A program made the translations under genes and the position numbers. From a virus (Duplodnaviria > Caudoviricetes): a DNA stretch of 32,072 bases. The stretch is from positions 1 to 32,072 of IMG/VR virus record IMGVR_UViG_3300028571_000071, one strand, 5' to 3'. Positions 9,628-19,073 of the stretch are shown here, one piece after another. The stretch's first letter is position 1. Each line of letters begins with the position of its first letter. A model generated the notes under the pieces. The model was not told where the DNA came from. It did no database searches and saw nothing but the letters and a program-made list of their open reading frames with translations.

Positions 9628-11334
9628 TCAGTGGACATACACGGTCATTCCTCCAAATTCCCAGTTGGCGGCATAGCCCGGTGTTGTGCCCGCGCTGCTC
9701 GCGACGATTGCCAGAGCTGAGCCAGCAAAAGACCCTGACCCGAGGCTGCCAGAAAGGGTGGCGGTCGTGATTAGAGTTGCCGATCCGTCCATCGCACGCC
9801 CCCACACCTCAAGTTTCGACCCCGCCGCAGGTGTTGATCCTACAGGCAGCCAGCGCACAATGAATGCAGCCGACCCATACGCGCTCACGTTCGCGGAGCT
9901 TAATGTCTCGCTCGTGCCATCGTGGATCGCGGAGGTGACCTTGATGTTGCTGGTAGGGGTATTTCCTTCAATCCTGACTCGTAGCCCACGCGCGGTTAAT
10001 GCCCCTCCGGTCTCGGTCAACTGCGCACCGAAATATATATCAGTCGCGAGGCCGATGGCGGCAGAATCTCCAGGCGCGTTTAGCCAGCATGCAAATGTAA
10101 ATCCGCGACCCGCAAGAGTTGATCCGGATTGCCCGGACTTCTGAATAAATCCATAAGAGCCAGCGCGCGCCCAGCCAGCAGCGCTGCCGACACTCTGCTG
10201 CTTAAGTAATTGCACCCAAGAGCTGGTCGAGGTAGCTGCCCAATTTGACCATGTGCCATTGTTCGCTAGTTGCCATGTGGTGCCGGGCCGGAGCGCAGGG
10301 TATTGGGCCAGGGCCATCGCCATTACTGCGTCCGAGTTATCCCCAGAGATCCGAGGAAGATATTTAGCATCCCCCACATTGCCATTCAGCATCACCTTAT
10401 CATCTGCGGCCGAGGCATAGGTCGTGCTCGTAAGGTTCGGTGCGCGAGGATCGTCGTCGTTGATAACCGCCTCATCCCCTGCCGCATCGCCAGCGGTGAA
10501 ATTCCCTGTCAGCGTGAACGGACCCGCGAACGTCTGCGCCTGCGTTTTGATCCATGTCCACCAGGCAGCGATGCCGGAGGGTCGCACGGCCTTCGCCGTA
10601 TCCGTTCCGGTCTGGATCTCGGCATCCGTGGCAAGCTGGACCGCGCCGACTGAGTTTGTAGCTGCCGACGAGATTGCGAGCGTGAGGTTGCCAGTCAGGT
10701 TGCCGCCGCCTGTGAGCGGAGCCGTGGTCGAGATAGTTCGCGCGGGCTGCACGGCGCTATCCGCCAGAGTTCCCTGGGCGGCGGTCGCGGCCCCGATGCT
10801 GGCCGGGGTGATCGGACTGTTGGCTGAGATCCCGGAGACGCGGCCCTTTGCGTCCACGGTCACACTGAGCGTGTTGGTCTGCGATCCGTATGCTCCGGCC
10901 GTGACGCCGTTGGTGGCGAGAGTTGGCGAGGGATAGGTTCCAGTCAGATCCCCTGCAGCAGATCCGGACGGCGCACGGGAATTGGTGAGCCGGGAATCGT
11001 TCGTCGCCACTTTGCCGTCGAGCGCCGCTTGCAGGCCGGAGACGTTGGTGATCGCCGTGCCTGGCTGCAGCGCGGAGGCCGCAAGCGTGCCCTGGGCGGC
11101 CGTGGCGTAGTTCGTCCCGACCGCGTTCGTGATCCCGGCCGCATTCGTGGCCCAGAAGTTTGTGGGCTTCGTCACCAGGCCATTCGTGTCGAGAGTGAGC
11201 GTCTTCGTGACCACGTTCGTCTGCCCGACCGCTGGCGATGTGATGGCCAGAAATGCCAGGGAGGCGACGCCACCGGCGACGAGAGTCAGGGCGGCGATCC
11301 GGCCGCTTTGAGAGATGAGTTTTCCGATTTTCAT
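9628..11334 (-). CDS. Tail-fibre-like protein with an N-terminal signal peptide (568 aa)
   Basis: Fibre repeats ITNVSGLQAALDGK, GDLTGTYPSPTL, TVDAKGRV, GAVQLATDAEIQTGTD..KAV; hydrophobic N-terminus ending AVG-Q. Confidence 0.8.
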   Translation of the reverse strand: MKIGKLISQSGRIAALTLVAGGVASLAFLAITSPAVGQTNVVTKTLTLDTNGLVTKPTNFWATNAAGITNAVGTNYATAAQGTLAASALQPGTAITNVSGLQAALDGKVATNDSRLTNSRAPSGSAAGDLTGTYPSPTLATNGVTAGAYGSQTNTLSVTVDAKGRVSGISANSPITPASIGAATAAQGTLADSAVQPARTISTTAPLTGGGNLTGNLTLAISSAATNSVGAVQLATDAEIQTGTDTAKAVRPSGIAAWWTWIKTQAQTFAGPFTLTGNFTAGDAAGDEAVINDDDPRAPNLTSTTYASAADDKVMLNGNVGDAKYLPRISGDNSDAVMAMALAQYPALRPGTTWQLANNGTWSNWAATSTSSWVQLLKQQSVGSAAGWARAGSYGFIQKSGQSGSTLAGRGFTFACWLNAPGDSAAIGLATDIYFGAQLTETGGALTARGLRVRIEGNTPTSNIKVTSAIHDGTSETLSSANVSAYGSAAFIVRWLPVGSTPAAGSKLEVWGRAMDGSATLITTATLSGSLGSGSFAGSALAIVASSAGTTPGYAANWEFGGMTVYVH

Positions 11335-11927
11335 AAAGTCGTAAAGGTGAGTTCCCCGGCATTGAAGGTGACGAGACGCCAGGTGTTTGTGGTGGTGTCT
11401 TTGATTTCGAGTCCTGCGGCCGAGATCCGGACCGCGCCGAAGATGGTCCCCTGCGTGACGAGTTCGCCTGGCAGCGGGTAGGGAGGATCTGGATCTTCAG
11501 GAACCGGCTCGTCCTCGCGGTAGTAGTTGTTTTCGATGACGAGCTGAATCGTCGGCAGGACGATCCGCTTCCCGCTTTCAACGATAACGATCTCCAGTGC
11601 GAACGTCTTGGAGGGGTCCGTTCCCAGGGCCGTGTCGATCCCGGCGCTCACGGCCACAAAGGCGAACGTGTAGCCCCGGCCGTCGAGAGTGGGAGCGTCC
11701 CAGGTTGTGTCCAGAAGCTTGGCCGTGCCCGTGAAGTCATTGACCGTCTTCACGACGAGCAGGCCCGTGCTCCCGGTCGCGAAGAGTTCTATGGTCCCGT
11801 CCGCCTTCACTGGGGTCAGCTCGACCTCGACGTCCTGGTATCGCTTGACGGTGATCTTTTGGACATTCGTGGAAGCCGTTGCCGACGCGCCCAGGATGCC
11901 GGTGACTTTATTGAAAAACAGTTTCAT
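11331..11927 (-). CDS. Putative fibre adaptor (BppU N-terminal-like beta domain)
   Basis: Precedes the fibre gene; beta-rich with Pro-rich linker EPVPEDPDPPYP. Confidence 0.5.
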   Translation of the reverse strand: MKLFFNKVTGILGASATASTNVQKITVKRYQDVEVELTPVKADGTIELFATGSTGLLVVKTVNDFTGTAKLLDTTWDAPTLDGRGYTFAFVAVSAGIDTALGTDPSKTFALEIVIVESGKRIVLPTIQLVIENNYYREDEPVPEDPDPPYPLPGELVTQGTIFGAVRISAAGLEIKDTTTNTWRLVTFNAGELTFTTL

Positions 11928-12352
11928 GGATTGAGTTGGAAAGCGGCGTGGAAAATGCAGTCGAGCGAGATCCCCTGTGCATCCTCGTTGAGTTCAAAGG
12001 TTGCGACTTCCAGCGGCGCGGCGAGGATGTCTCCGGGGTTGCTCCCCTGGAGCGCCAAGCACACGGCCTCGGCGACTTGGTAGGCGTCCACTCCGGTAGC
12101 GTTCAGTTTTCGGTTCTCGATGACGCGCACGCGCACCTCTGCCCGCTGGAAGAAAATAAACGGGGCACCTTGGATTGGAGCGACCGGCAGGATCGGCAGC
12201 ACGTAAACGCCGATTGCCAGACCCGCAAGCACGGTCTCAAGGTCATTCAGGATCTGCCCCCGCTCCCGCACGATCACCGGGATCTGCGGCATGATCGGCG
12301 ATGCCTCAATGAGCGCCTTCACATCTTCCGGCATTTTTCCCAGCGTGCTCAT
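11924..12352 (-). CDS. Tail completion/terminator-like protein, copy 1
   Basis: Follows the neck genes; paralog of 8406..8834. Confidence 0.6.
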   Translation of the reverse strand: MSTLGKMPEDVKALIEASPIMPQIPVIVRERGQILNDLETVLAGLAIGVYVLPILPVAPIQGAPFIFFQRAEVRVRVIENRKLNATGVDAYQVAEAVCLALQGSNPGDILAAPLEVATFELNEDAQGISLDCIFHAAFQLNP

Positions 12353-12807
12353 TTCGTCAGTTCCTCCCCGATCTTGCGGTTGTAGATTTCAGCGCATTCC
12401 TCGATCCCGCTGGCAAACATACGGCGGGCAGGGAAGCCAGGATGCCGGACCGTGCGCGCAAAGTGGACGCCGCTGGCATTCCCCCAGCGCAGGGCCTTGC
12501 CATTGCGGGCGCGGATCGTGAAGGGCTTGCAGCCGAATTCGTGCACAGCCATGTAAGGCACATTTGTGCCCATAGTGCTTTCGACCCCGTCACCTCGTAT
12601 CACGGCGAGCGAGGCCCGGGAGCTGGAACGTCCGCGATTTGACCGCACGGCCAGCGTCGTCGCCCCCTTCTGCGAAAGTTTGTTCCTCTGGATATAGGAG
12701 AGCGTGAGCTGGTTCCCCTTGTCCATCCCCCGCGCCACGCGGGAGAGCATCTCGCGCGGGTCCAGCCGATCAACGACAGCTTGCATCCCTGTGATTTCGA
12801 TGTTCAT
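12349..12807 (-). CDS. Virion morphogenesis / HK97 gp10-like tail completion protein
   Basis: Motifs GTNVPYMAVHEFG and VRHPGFPARRM. Confidence 0.8.
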   Translation of the reverse strand: MNIEITGMQAVVDRLDPREMLSRVARGMDKGNQLTLSYIQRNKLSQKGATTLAVRSNRGRSSSRASLAVIRGDGVESTMGTNVPYMAVHEFGCKPFTIRARNGKALRWGNASGVHFARTVRHPGFPARRMFASGIEECAEIYNRKIGEELTK

Positions 12808-13424
12808 TGCGCGATCCTCCGGTAGTTGGCGATCACCTGGCGCACAGGCATGAGCAGATCCGCATCGGTGCCCGCAAATCCGAGCGCCGCCGTGTCCTCT
12901 GTAAACCCCGCCTTCGCGCGGTCAGTGATCGAGCGGCGTTCCCAGAACCACCGGCACTGCATCACCCAGGCCGCGCGCAGATCCTCCGGCAGCGGAGTCG
13001 CGCCCGTGGGCATCGTCTCGGGCGTCGTCTCGCCTGTGTCCCACCAGTAGCCCCCCGTATATACTACGCGCGCCATTTCGCCATAAGCCCCGAGGCACCC
13101 GAGGAAATCCACCTTCCCCGAAAGCTCGTTGACATTCGCGGGCATCCCCGGCACGGCCAGGAAGCCCCCTGCGTAATCCCCGCGCACCTCGACCGCTGTC
13201 ACCGTCTCGATGGGATACCGCCGCACGATCCAGAATGCCCGCTCGGCGGAAAATGTATCGACCTCCTCCTGCCGCGCGAACCGGCGACCGGCCGCGCCCT
13301 CGAAGAGCGAGGCAACGCCCAGCCCGAGCGACAGCACGGAGGCGTCGTTATCGGTCTTCGATAAATCGGCGGCCAGCAACAGCTCGCGCTTTAAGTTTTT
13401 GAGATTTGAGAATCCTGCGTTCAT
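12804..13424 (-). CDS. Head-tail connector (gp6-like adaptor)
   Basis: Start MNAGFSNLKNLK; VVYTGGY...LPEDLRAA motifs; follows the capsid gene. Confidence 0.8.
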   Translation of the reverse strand: MNAGFSNLKNLKRELLLAADLSKTDNDASVLSLGLGVASLFEGAAGRRFARQEEVDTFSAERAFWIVRRYPIETVTAVEVRGDYAGGFLAVPGMPANVNELSGKVDFLGCLGAYGEMARVVYTGGYWWDTGETTPETMPTGATPLPEDLRAAWVMQCRWFWERRSITDRAKAGFTEDTAALGFAGTDADLLMPVRQVIANYRRIAQ

Positions 13425-13433
13425 TTTGTGGTT

Positions 13434-13480
13434 TCCTCGCTGCTGCACCGGGCTTGCAGGCCCGATGCAGAGTGCGAGGA
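13434..13480 (-). terminator. Stem-loop after the major capsid gene (mRNA stabiliser or partial terminator)
   Basis: TCCTCGC..CTGCA.CGGGC / GCCCG.TGCAG..GCGAGGA inverted repeat; no clear U-tract on the minus strand. Confidence 0.55.
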
Positions 13481-13494
13481 TTTCGCAGTTGAGG

Positions 13495-14787
13495 TTAGGA
13501 GGCCGCTGTCTCCAGGCCGGACACCGCACCGTTGGCCATGAGGCCGATGGTGAAGCGCTCCAGAGCGCGGATGCAGATCTCGTCGGTGGTGAACCCGGCT
13601 TCCTTGCTCGTGTCCATCCGCACGCCGCCACGGGTGGCGAGGTATTGGTAGGACAGGTCGCCGAAGAGGGCGAACACCTTCGAGACGTTCGCGCTCGTCG
13701 AGTAGGCGGGCATGATGTCCACCCAGTTGATCGCGTAGCCGTCGAGCGTCGCTCCACGGGAACCGTTCGCCTGGTAGGGCTTGTCACCGGCGGTGTTGAG
13801 GCCGCTGAGGTGCTGCTCGAAGCTCGGGTGCATGTAGTATGCGCCCATGCCGATCACCGGGGCATCGACCGTGGCCCGGATCGAGCGCAGGTTTGCCAGG
13901 GTGGCGTCGGAATACTTCGTCTTCGTCGAGGCCATCTGGACAACCTTGCTGTTGTCGATGGTCGAGACGCAGAGCCCCTTCACGCTGCCGTTCGCGCCGC
14001 TTCCGGCACCGGTGCCGATGAAGAAGTTGCTGTCTTCCACCAGCGCGAGCTGGCGCGCGCTGTAGCGGGCGACGAACTGCCCGATGGCGATGATCGAGTC
14101 CTCATCCAGTTCGGAGGGCAGGCGGACGAGACCGCCGAACTTCTCGGGCGTGAATGTGACCCAGCCGACCTGCGGGCTCTTCTCGGTGACGGTGCCGCTC
14201 GCGGCGATCAGGCCGAAGGCCGGGTCGGTCGTGAGCTTGGGCAGCTTCACTGTGCCCGCGCCGAGCGGGAACACCGTGCCGAAGCGACGGGCCGCGCCGT
14301 AGGCCGAGACCAGCTCGACCACCTGCGCGTTGTATTGCACGGGCAGCGGGATGTCCGAGCTGCTCAGCGCGGTCTTGGCCTCGACCCCGAGGATGTCCTT
14401 GACCATGCCGTCGATGCGGTCTCCGGCGAGTTGCCCTCCCTTGAGGCCAGCGACGAGTGCGAGGCCGCCGAGGTGGCGGGCGCAATCTTCGGTGACTTCA
14501 CCCTTGCGGGGAGCCGTGCGGGTCGTGGCGGCAAGGTTCGCCTTGCGCAGCGCCTGCGTGTCGGCGGCGAGCTTGTCGATCTCGCCCTTCAGCGAGGCGA
14601 TGTCTCCGCCGTTTTTCTCAATCGCCGCGATCTTCGCTTCGAGGTCTTTCGACTTCTGCGCGATGGCCTCGACGCTTCCGAGCACTTTCGCCTGGAATTC
14701 GTTTTCGTTCAGGGTTCCGCCGCCGGTTCCGCCGCCGTTGTCCGGGGCAAGAAACAGGCAGCCCAATTTGGTGCTGATGCGTTTCAT
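13495..14787 (-). CDS. Major capsid protein, HK97 family, with N-terminal coiled-coil delta domain
   Basis: Motifs KFGGLVRLPSELDEDS and ALFGDLS, GFTTDEICIRALERF; ATGA-coupled start at 14787. Confidence 0.92.
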   Translation of the reverse strand: MKRISTKLGCLFLAPDNGGGTGGGTLNENEFQAKVLGSVEAIAQKSKDLEAKIAAIEKNGGDIASLKGEIDKLAADTQALRKANLAATTRTAPRKGEVTEDCARHLGGLALVAGLKGGQLAGDRIDGMVKDILGVEAKTALSSSDIPLPVQYNAQVVELVSAYGAARRFGTVFPLGAGTVKLPKLTTDPAFGLIAASGTVTEKSPQVGWVTFTPEKFGGLVRLPSELDEDSIIAIGQFVARYSARQLALVEDSNFFIGTGAGSGANGSVKGLCVSTIDNSKVVQMASTKTKYSDATLANLRSIRATVDAPVIGMGAYYMHPSFEQHLSGLNTAGDKPYQANGSRGATLDGYAINWVDIMPAYSTSANVSKVFALFGDLSYQYLATRGGVRMDTSKEAGFTTDEICIRALERFTIGLMANGAVSGLETAAS

Positions 14788-15473
14788 AGATTTGTAATTT
14801 GATTTTCGAGTTTCCCGAGCCATGCCCGACGCTGTTCCCTCTTCCGTGTCGCGGCAGCGTCTTCCTCTGCGGCACGGGCGGTTTTTTGGGTGTCTGCGGA
14901 AATGCTCTCTGCCAGGAGGTCGATGTCGCCGTCGGCGATCACCCCGTCCTTGTAGGCCCGAGCGAGCGCGGCAGGGTTCGCGCCGATGATGCAGGCGCTC
15001 AGCTCGATCTGCTCTTGCTCAAGATATACGCACGACACGCGCTTGGCTGTCTCCGCGTCCAGGCCCAGTTCCGCGATCTGCGCGGCCAGATCCGCCCCGC
15101 CATTTTTGTAGCGGTCGGCATATTTCGTGGGCAGGAACCCGACCGACACCGCCTTCAGGTGCCCGGCCTGCGTCATCGCAAATCCGATCTTCGCAATCGG
15201 GTTCGCCTCCGGCTCCCACTTCACCACCTCGATCAGCTTGCGGCCCTCCACCCGGAAGTCCACCACCGAGCCCAGCAGCTTCTCAATCGTCGAGTAGTCG
15301 TGGCTGTCCACAAACGGCGCGTTTTTCGCAAAGTGGTTGAACCGCCAGCCATCCGCCCGGATGATCTCCCGGTAGTGGTCGAGGGTTTCGTCGCTGGCGA
15401 CGTATTCCACGAGCCCCCCGGCGGCGTCGAGAACCCGGATCTCCGGGAAAATGGTGCGTTTGAGTTGATTCAT
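14784..15473 (-). CDS. Prohead protease (HK97/S78 family)
   Basis: ASDETLD, DSHD, LKAVSVGF, IELSAC..GANP motifs. Confidence 0.9.
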   Translation of the reverse strand: MNQLKRTIFPEIRVLDAAGGLVEYVASDETLDHYREIIRADGWRFNHFAKNAPFVDSHDYSTIEKLLGSVVDFRVEGRKLIEVVKWEPEANPIAKIGFAMTQAGHLKAVSVGFLPTKYADRYKNGGADLAAQIAELGLDAETAKRVSCVYLEQEQIELSACIIGANPAALARAYKDGVIADGDIDLLAESISADTQKTARAAEEDAAATRKREQRRAWLGKLENQITNL

Positions 15474-15604
15474 AGGTTCGAGCCGGTTGGCATTGCCATT
15501 GCAAAGCCGTTGCACCGCCCGGTGGCGGCGTTTTCTTTTTCAAGTGGGGAATTCACCCCATACGGAGCCTTCGGCCCCGAATTTTGGCGTTTTTGCGCGT
15601 TCAT
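15470..15604 (-). CDS. 44-aa bridging ORF between portal and protease
   Basis: ATGA overlaps at both ends; hand-translated MNAQKRQNSG...PTGSNL. Confidence 0.4.
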   Translation of the reverse strand: MNAQKRQNSGPKAPYGVNSPLEKENAATGRCNGFAMAMPTGSNL

Positions 15605-17664
15605 GGTTTTTCCTCCGTGGCCAGCGCGACGCAATGGCAGTTGATGATTTCCGCCGGAGGAGCCCCGAGGCTCCCGTCTCCGGGATGCAGGATGCTCGCT
15701 CCGCCGATGATAAAGGGTTCGTTCACCGGGACGATCTGCCCCTGCGCCGCACGGTGGCTCGGCCGCACGTTCTCATTCCCGCTCGTCAGCCATTCCTTAT
15801 ACTCGATCCCCGACTGCTCCAGGGCTTCCTGGCGGGCGGCCCCGTAGGCGGCGCTCGTCTCCGTCATCGCGATCCGCAGGCTGCGCTGCTTGCTGATCCC
15901 CGCGAACTCGGCCCGTATCCTCGCAGCCAGCTCGTCGGTCGTGTCCCCATTGACAAACCCCTCCTCCAGGCTCCCGAGGATCTGGGTATGAATCTCGTCG
16001 GCAATGTTCGTGAAGAAGTTCTCGCGGCCCTTCAGATACGACAACGCTTTTGCAGGCGGCATCGTCCAGGGATCATCCTTGCCGATCTCCGCGAAGCACT
16101 GGCTGCCAGCCTTGTCCAGCGTCTCCTGCCCGGCCTTGCGCATCGCCATTTGCAGGCCCTGCTCCCACTCCTCCAGATCGAAAATGAAATCCGCCGCCAC
16201 CGCCTTCGCGCCCTTCGTCACCCGGTCGAGCACCTCCGCGCGAGCCGCCATGAGATGCCTGTCGAACTTCGCCTTCCACATCTTGATCGCTCCCTGCCTC
16301 GCCCTCCAATGCGCCGCCCACTTCGACCCCGGCGCACGCGTGGCCGCCGCGCTCATGTCCTCAAAGCTCCCACATTTGCAATCCGGCTTGAGCGCACGGC
16401 CCTTGAATGCGGCCTGCATCTGCGCGACCGCATCATCCAGCGGCTCCGCCTGAGCCCCGGTCTCCGTCTCCTGCTCTGCCAGCGGCTCGCCGACCGGCTG
16501 CACCGAGAACGGCAGGTAGCCGACCTCCCAGCCCTCATAGTCGTTGATCCCCATGTCCAGGTAGCCGTTGATTTCCTTCATCGGCATTCCCATCGCCCAG
16601 AGCTTCGCTGCCGCATCGATCCGCTCGCCGCGCACCTGCTGCATCGTGGGATGTTCGTCAAAATCGAAATACGCCCGCACCGCCTTCCCGGTCTGCCGCG
16701 CGATCAGCACATCCATCGCCCCCGCAATCGTATTGCCCGCCGGCATGCTCGCCCCGTGGATCAGCCGGAAATAATCGCTCGCGCTCCCGATGCTGTAGCT
16801 CGCCTGCACGTCCGCCATGCCGGGCGGAACCCCGAAGGCGATGAAGACCTCGTGCCGGGATTGCAGGCGATTTGCAACAAACGCCAGATCCGGCGGCGTG
16901 ATCGTCGGCGACTTCACCTCGATGTCCGAGGAGAAGAAGAGCGGCCGGAAGTCCCCCCGCAGCTTCGCCTGGCGTTTCGCCCGCAGCGCCGCCGTGACCT
17001 GGTCGCGCTGCTCATCGGTGAGCGTGCCGTTCTTCGCCGAGATGTAGTCGCCGCCATCGCCCTGGTTGGCGTAGGTGTCGCGAGCGTAGCGTCCCGCCAG
17101 CAGATCCGTCTCCGCCGCCAGCCGCGCCGCCTCGATCTCACCCAGCCCGCGATAGGGATTCGCGGGATTCCAGCGCTTCGCGTGGATCACCTGCTCTTGC
17201 AGGAGCGGAATCTGGCGGCCCGCGTCATCCGTATAGACCCAGCCCTGCAGCAGCCCGCCCGTCACCACATGCCGCATGCGGTCGGGCGAGGCGACCACGA
17301 ACTGCCCGCGCGGACCGTTGCCCCGCGCAAGGAATGTGTCGTCAAAGATCCAGAAGAACTCCCCAGCCAGCTTCAGCCAGCCAGCCGTCGCGTCCAGGAA
17401 CTCCTCATAGCTCATCCCCCGCGCCGGATGCCTCCACCAATCGCACAGCGCCACGTCCTCGTATTCCTCCTCCTCCAGGTAAAACTTCAGCGACACCGCC
17501 TTCAGCGGCTGCGCCACCAGGCCGATGGCCGCCGCCACCCACACGCTCTGTGCATACGGATTCCGCAGCCCCGCCTGCACCGTGCCGTCAATATCCAGGC
17601 CACGGGCAAAATCCGTTGCAAACGATTTGCGGACAGCAGCGAGAGTGCGGGCAAGCCAGTTCAT
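15601..17664 (-). CDS. HK97-type portal protein fused to a MuF/SPP1 gp7 head morphogenesis domain
   Basis: Portal motifs VIHAKRWNP..PYRGL and AFGVPP; C-terminal RIAMTET, KEWLT...VRPSH, EIINCHC. Confidence 0.9.
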   Translation of the reverse strand: MNWLARTLAAVRKSFATDFARGLDIDGTVQAGLRNPYAQSVWVAAAIGLVAQPLKAVSLKFYLEEEEYEDVALCDWWRHPARGMSYEEFLDATAGWLKLAGEFFWIFDDTFLARGNGPRGQFVVASPDRMRHVVTGGLLQGWVYTDDAGRQIPLLQEQVIHAKRWNPANPYRGLGEIEAARLAAETDLLAGRYARDTYANQGDGGDYISAKNGTLTDEQRDQVTAALRAKRQAKLRGDFRPLFFSSDIEVKSPTITPPDLAFVANRLQSRHEVFIAFGVPPGMADVQASYSIGSASDYFRLIHGASMPAGNTIAGAMDVLIARQTGKAVRAYFDFDEHPTMQQVRGERIDAAAKLWAMGMPMKEINGYLDMGINDYEGWEVGYLPFSVQPVGEPLAEQETETGAQAEPLDDAVAQMQAAFKGRALKPDCKCGSFEDMSAAATRAPGSKWAAHWRARQGAIKMWKAKFDRHLMAARAEVLDRVTKGAKAVAADFIFDLEEWEQGLQMAMRKAGQETLDKAGSQCFAEIGKDDPWTMPPAKALSYLKGRENFFTNIADEIHTQILGSLEEGFVNGDTTDELAARIRAEFAGISKQRSLRIAMTETSAAYGAARQEALEQSGIEYKEWLTSGNENVRPSHRAAQGQIVPVNEPFIIGGASILHPGDGSLGAPPAEIINCHCVALATEEKP

Positions 17665-19073
17665 ACGAGCACCGCCTCAAAGTTTGTGACCGTCTTCCCC
17701 GCATGCAGCGCCAGCGCCAGCGCCCAAAACCTATCGCAGTGGCCATTCTTCCCGCGCTCACCGGCGAAGCGGATGTTCCCGCTCGCGGTGGTTTCCTTGC
17801 GAATTCCGCGCAGGTCGGAAAATATCGTCTGGTTGTCAGGGATGCGGATTGACCGATCCTCGAAGGCCGCTCGCACCGGATACGCCAGCTCTTCCTTTAC
17901 CGGGCCTGTGAAATGCAGCCCCTCGACTTTGTAGGTGCCGAACCTCTTCTGTGCGCGCTCAGCGAACTGTCGCCCGATCCCCGTCTGGTCGATGCAGCAG
18001 CGCCGCACCTGCGGGAGTGCCAGCACAGAATACAGCGCAGCCTCCTGCGTGTCGAACGTCTGCGCCTTCAAAACGATAACCCGGCGCGTGAGATTGATCC
18101 CGCTGATCTTCTCAAACACCCAGATCACCGTCAGGTCATGATCGCGGCCCACGTCCACGCCGACATAGAGCGGGTTTTTGCTGTCGAGCAGATCCGTCTC
18201 CCATTGTTCGCCGGTCGGATATTTGCACCCGTCGATCAGCTCATAGGAAAGAAACGCCGAAGCATCATCGCTAGGAACGCACATGTATTCCTGCGCGAAA
18301 GATTCCTCATCAGGGCATCCGGCCTTGACGAAGTTGAAATAGTCGCCCTCGTCCATTTGCTGGCGAGGATCTCCGGTGGGCAGCTTGCTCTGCAGCTTGT
18401 AGAGGAACCCGTGATCCAGCGCGGTTTGAAGCGTGACCGTATGCAGAGAAATCTTCTTCGGGTTTCCCTTGTCCTTGATCTCAGTGACGAGCTTGTTGAA
18501 GAAATTTGCCGATCCGCGATGGGTCGAGATGATATCCATCGATCCGCCCCACGTGATGCCGGGGTATGCGATGGAGTAAAGTTTGCGGGGATCGGGGTGC
18601 AGGGCAAACTCATCCAGGCGACGCGGCCCGCGCTTGCCCGCCTGGGCATCGGGATTACTGGACATGCTGTGCGTCCGCAGGCCATTGGCGAATTGCAGCA
18701 CGTAGGCACTGTGCCCGTCGTCATCAATCACCTTCTCGCCAAGATCCTTCGCAGCGAGATTCAGCAGCCCTGCAAAGCTCTTGCAGTCCTCCAGAAATAG
18801 CCGTGCCTGGATATCGTCACGGGAGGACACCCACGAATCCAACCGGGCATCGACCTGGCTTTGTGTCCGCACGTCCTTGTAGGCGCTCGCCCAGGAGATC
18901 CCGATCTGCCGGGCTTTCTCCATGAGCGTGAGTTGTGCCGGGTCGAGAACATAGTCGCTCTGGTATTTGAGCAGGAGCGTGTCACGCGTCGGGAAAATCT
19001 TGCAGAGCCCGCCGAAGGTTTCCGGCACATAGTCCGGCCGCTTCGTGGTTACATGGGATGCAGGCGAGATCAT
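17661..19073 (-). CDS. Terminase large subunit (Mu gp28-like)
   Basis: EKARQIGIS, LDEFA, IISTH, FAQEYMC, VGVDVGR..D, IDQTGIG, HCDRFWALALA. Confidence 0.93.
   Translation of the reverse strand: MISPASHVTTKRPDYVPETFGGLCKIFPTRDTLLLKYQSDYVLDPAQLTLMEKARQIGISWASAYKDVRTQSQVDARLDSWVSSRDDIQARLFLEDCKSFAGLLNLAAKDLGEKVIDDDGHSAYVLQFANGLRTHSMSSNPDAQAGKRGPRRLDEFALHPDPRKLYSIAYPGITWGGSMDIISTHRGSANFFNKLVTEIKDKGNPKKISLHTVTLQTALDHGFLYKLQSKLPTGDPRQQMDEGDYFNFVKAGCPDEESFAQEYMCVPSDDASAFLSYELIDGCKYPTGEQWETDLLDSKNPLYVGVDVGRDHDLTVIWVFEKISGINLTRRVIVLKAQTFDTQEAALYSVLALPQVRRCCIDQTGIGRQFAERAQKRFGTYKVEGLHFTGPVKEELAYPVRAAFEDRSIRIPDNQTIFSDLRGIRKETTASGNIRFAGERGKNGHCDRFWALALALHAGKTVTNFEAVLV

Noticed and set aside
9628-11334. 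Diversity-generating retroelement or Mu G-segment inversion acting on the fibre
   Set aside because: No reverse transcriptase, invertase, TR/VR pair or flanking inverted repeats seen in the window
13210-18800. Long plus-strand ORFs (13210..14802, 15487..17934, 17913..18800)
   Set aside because: Antisense shadows of the GC-rich capsid, portal and terminase genes, with no recognisable motifs
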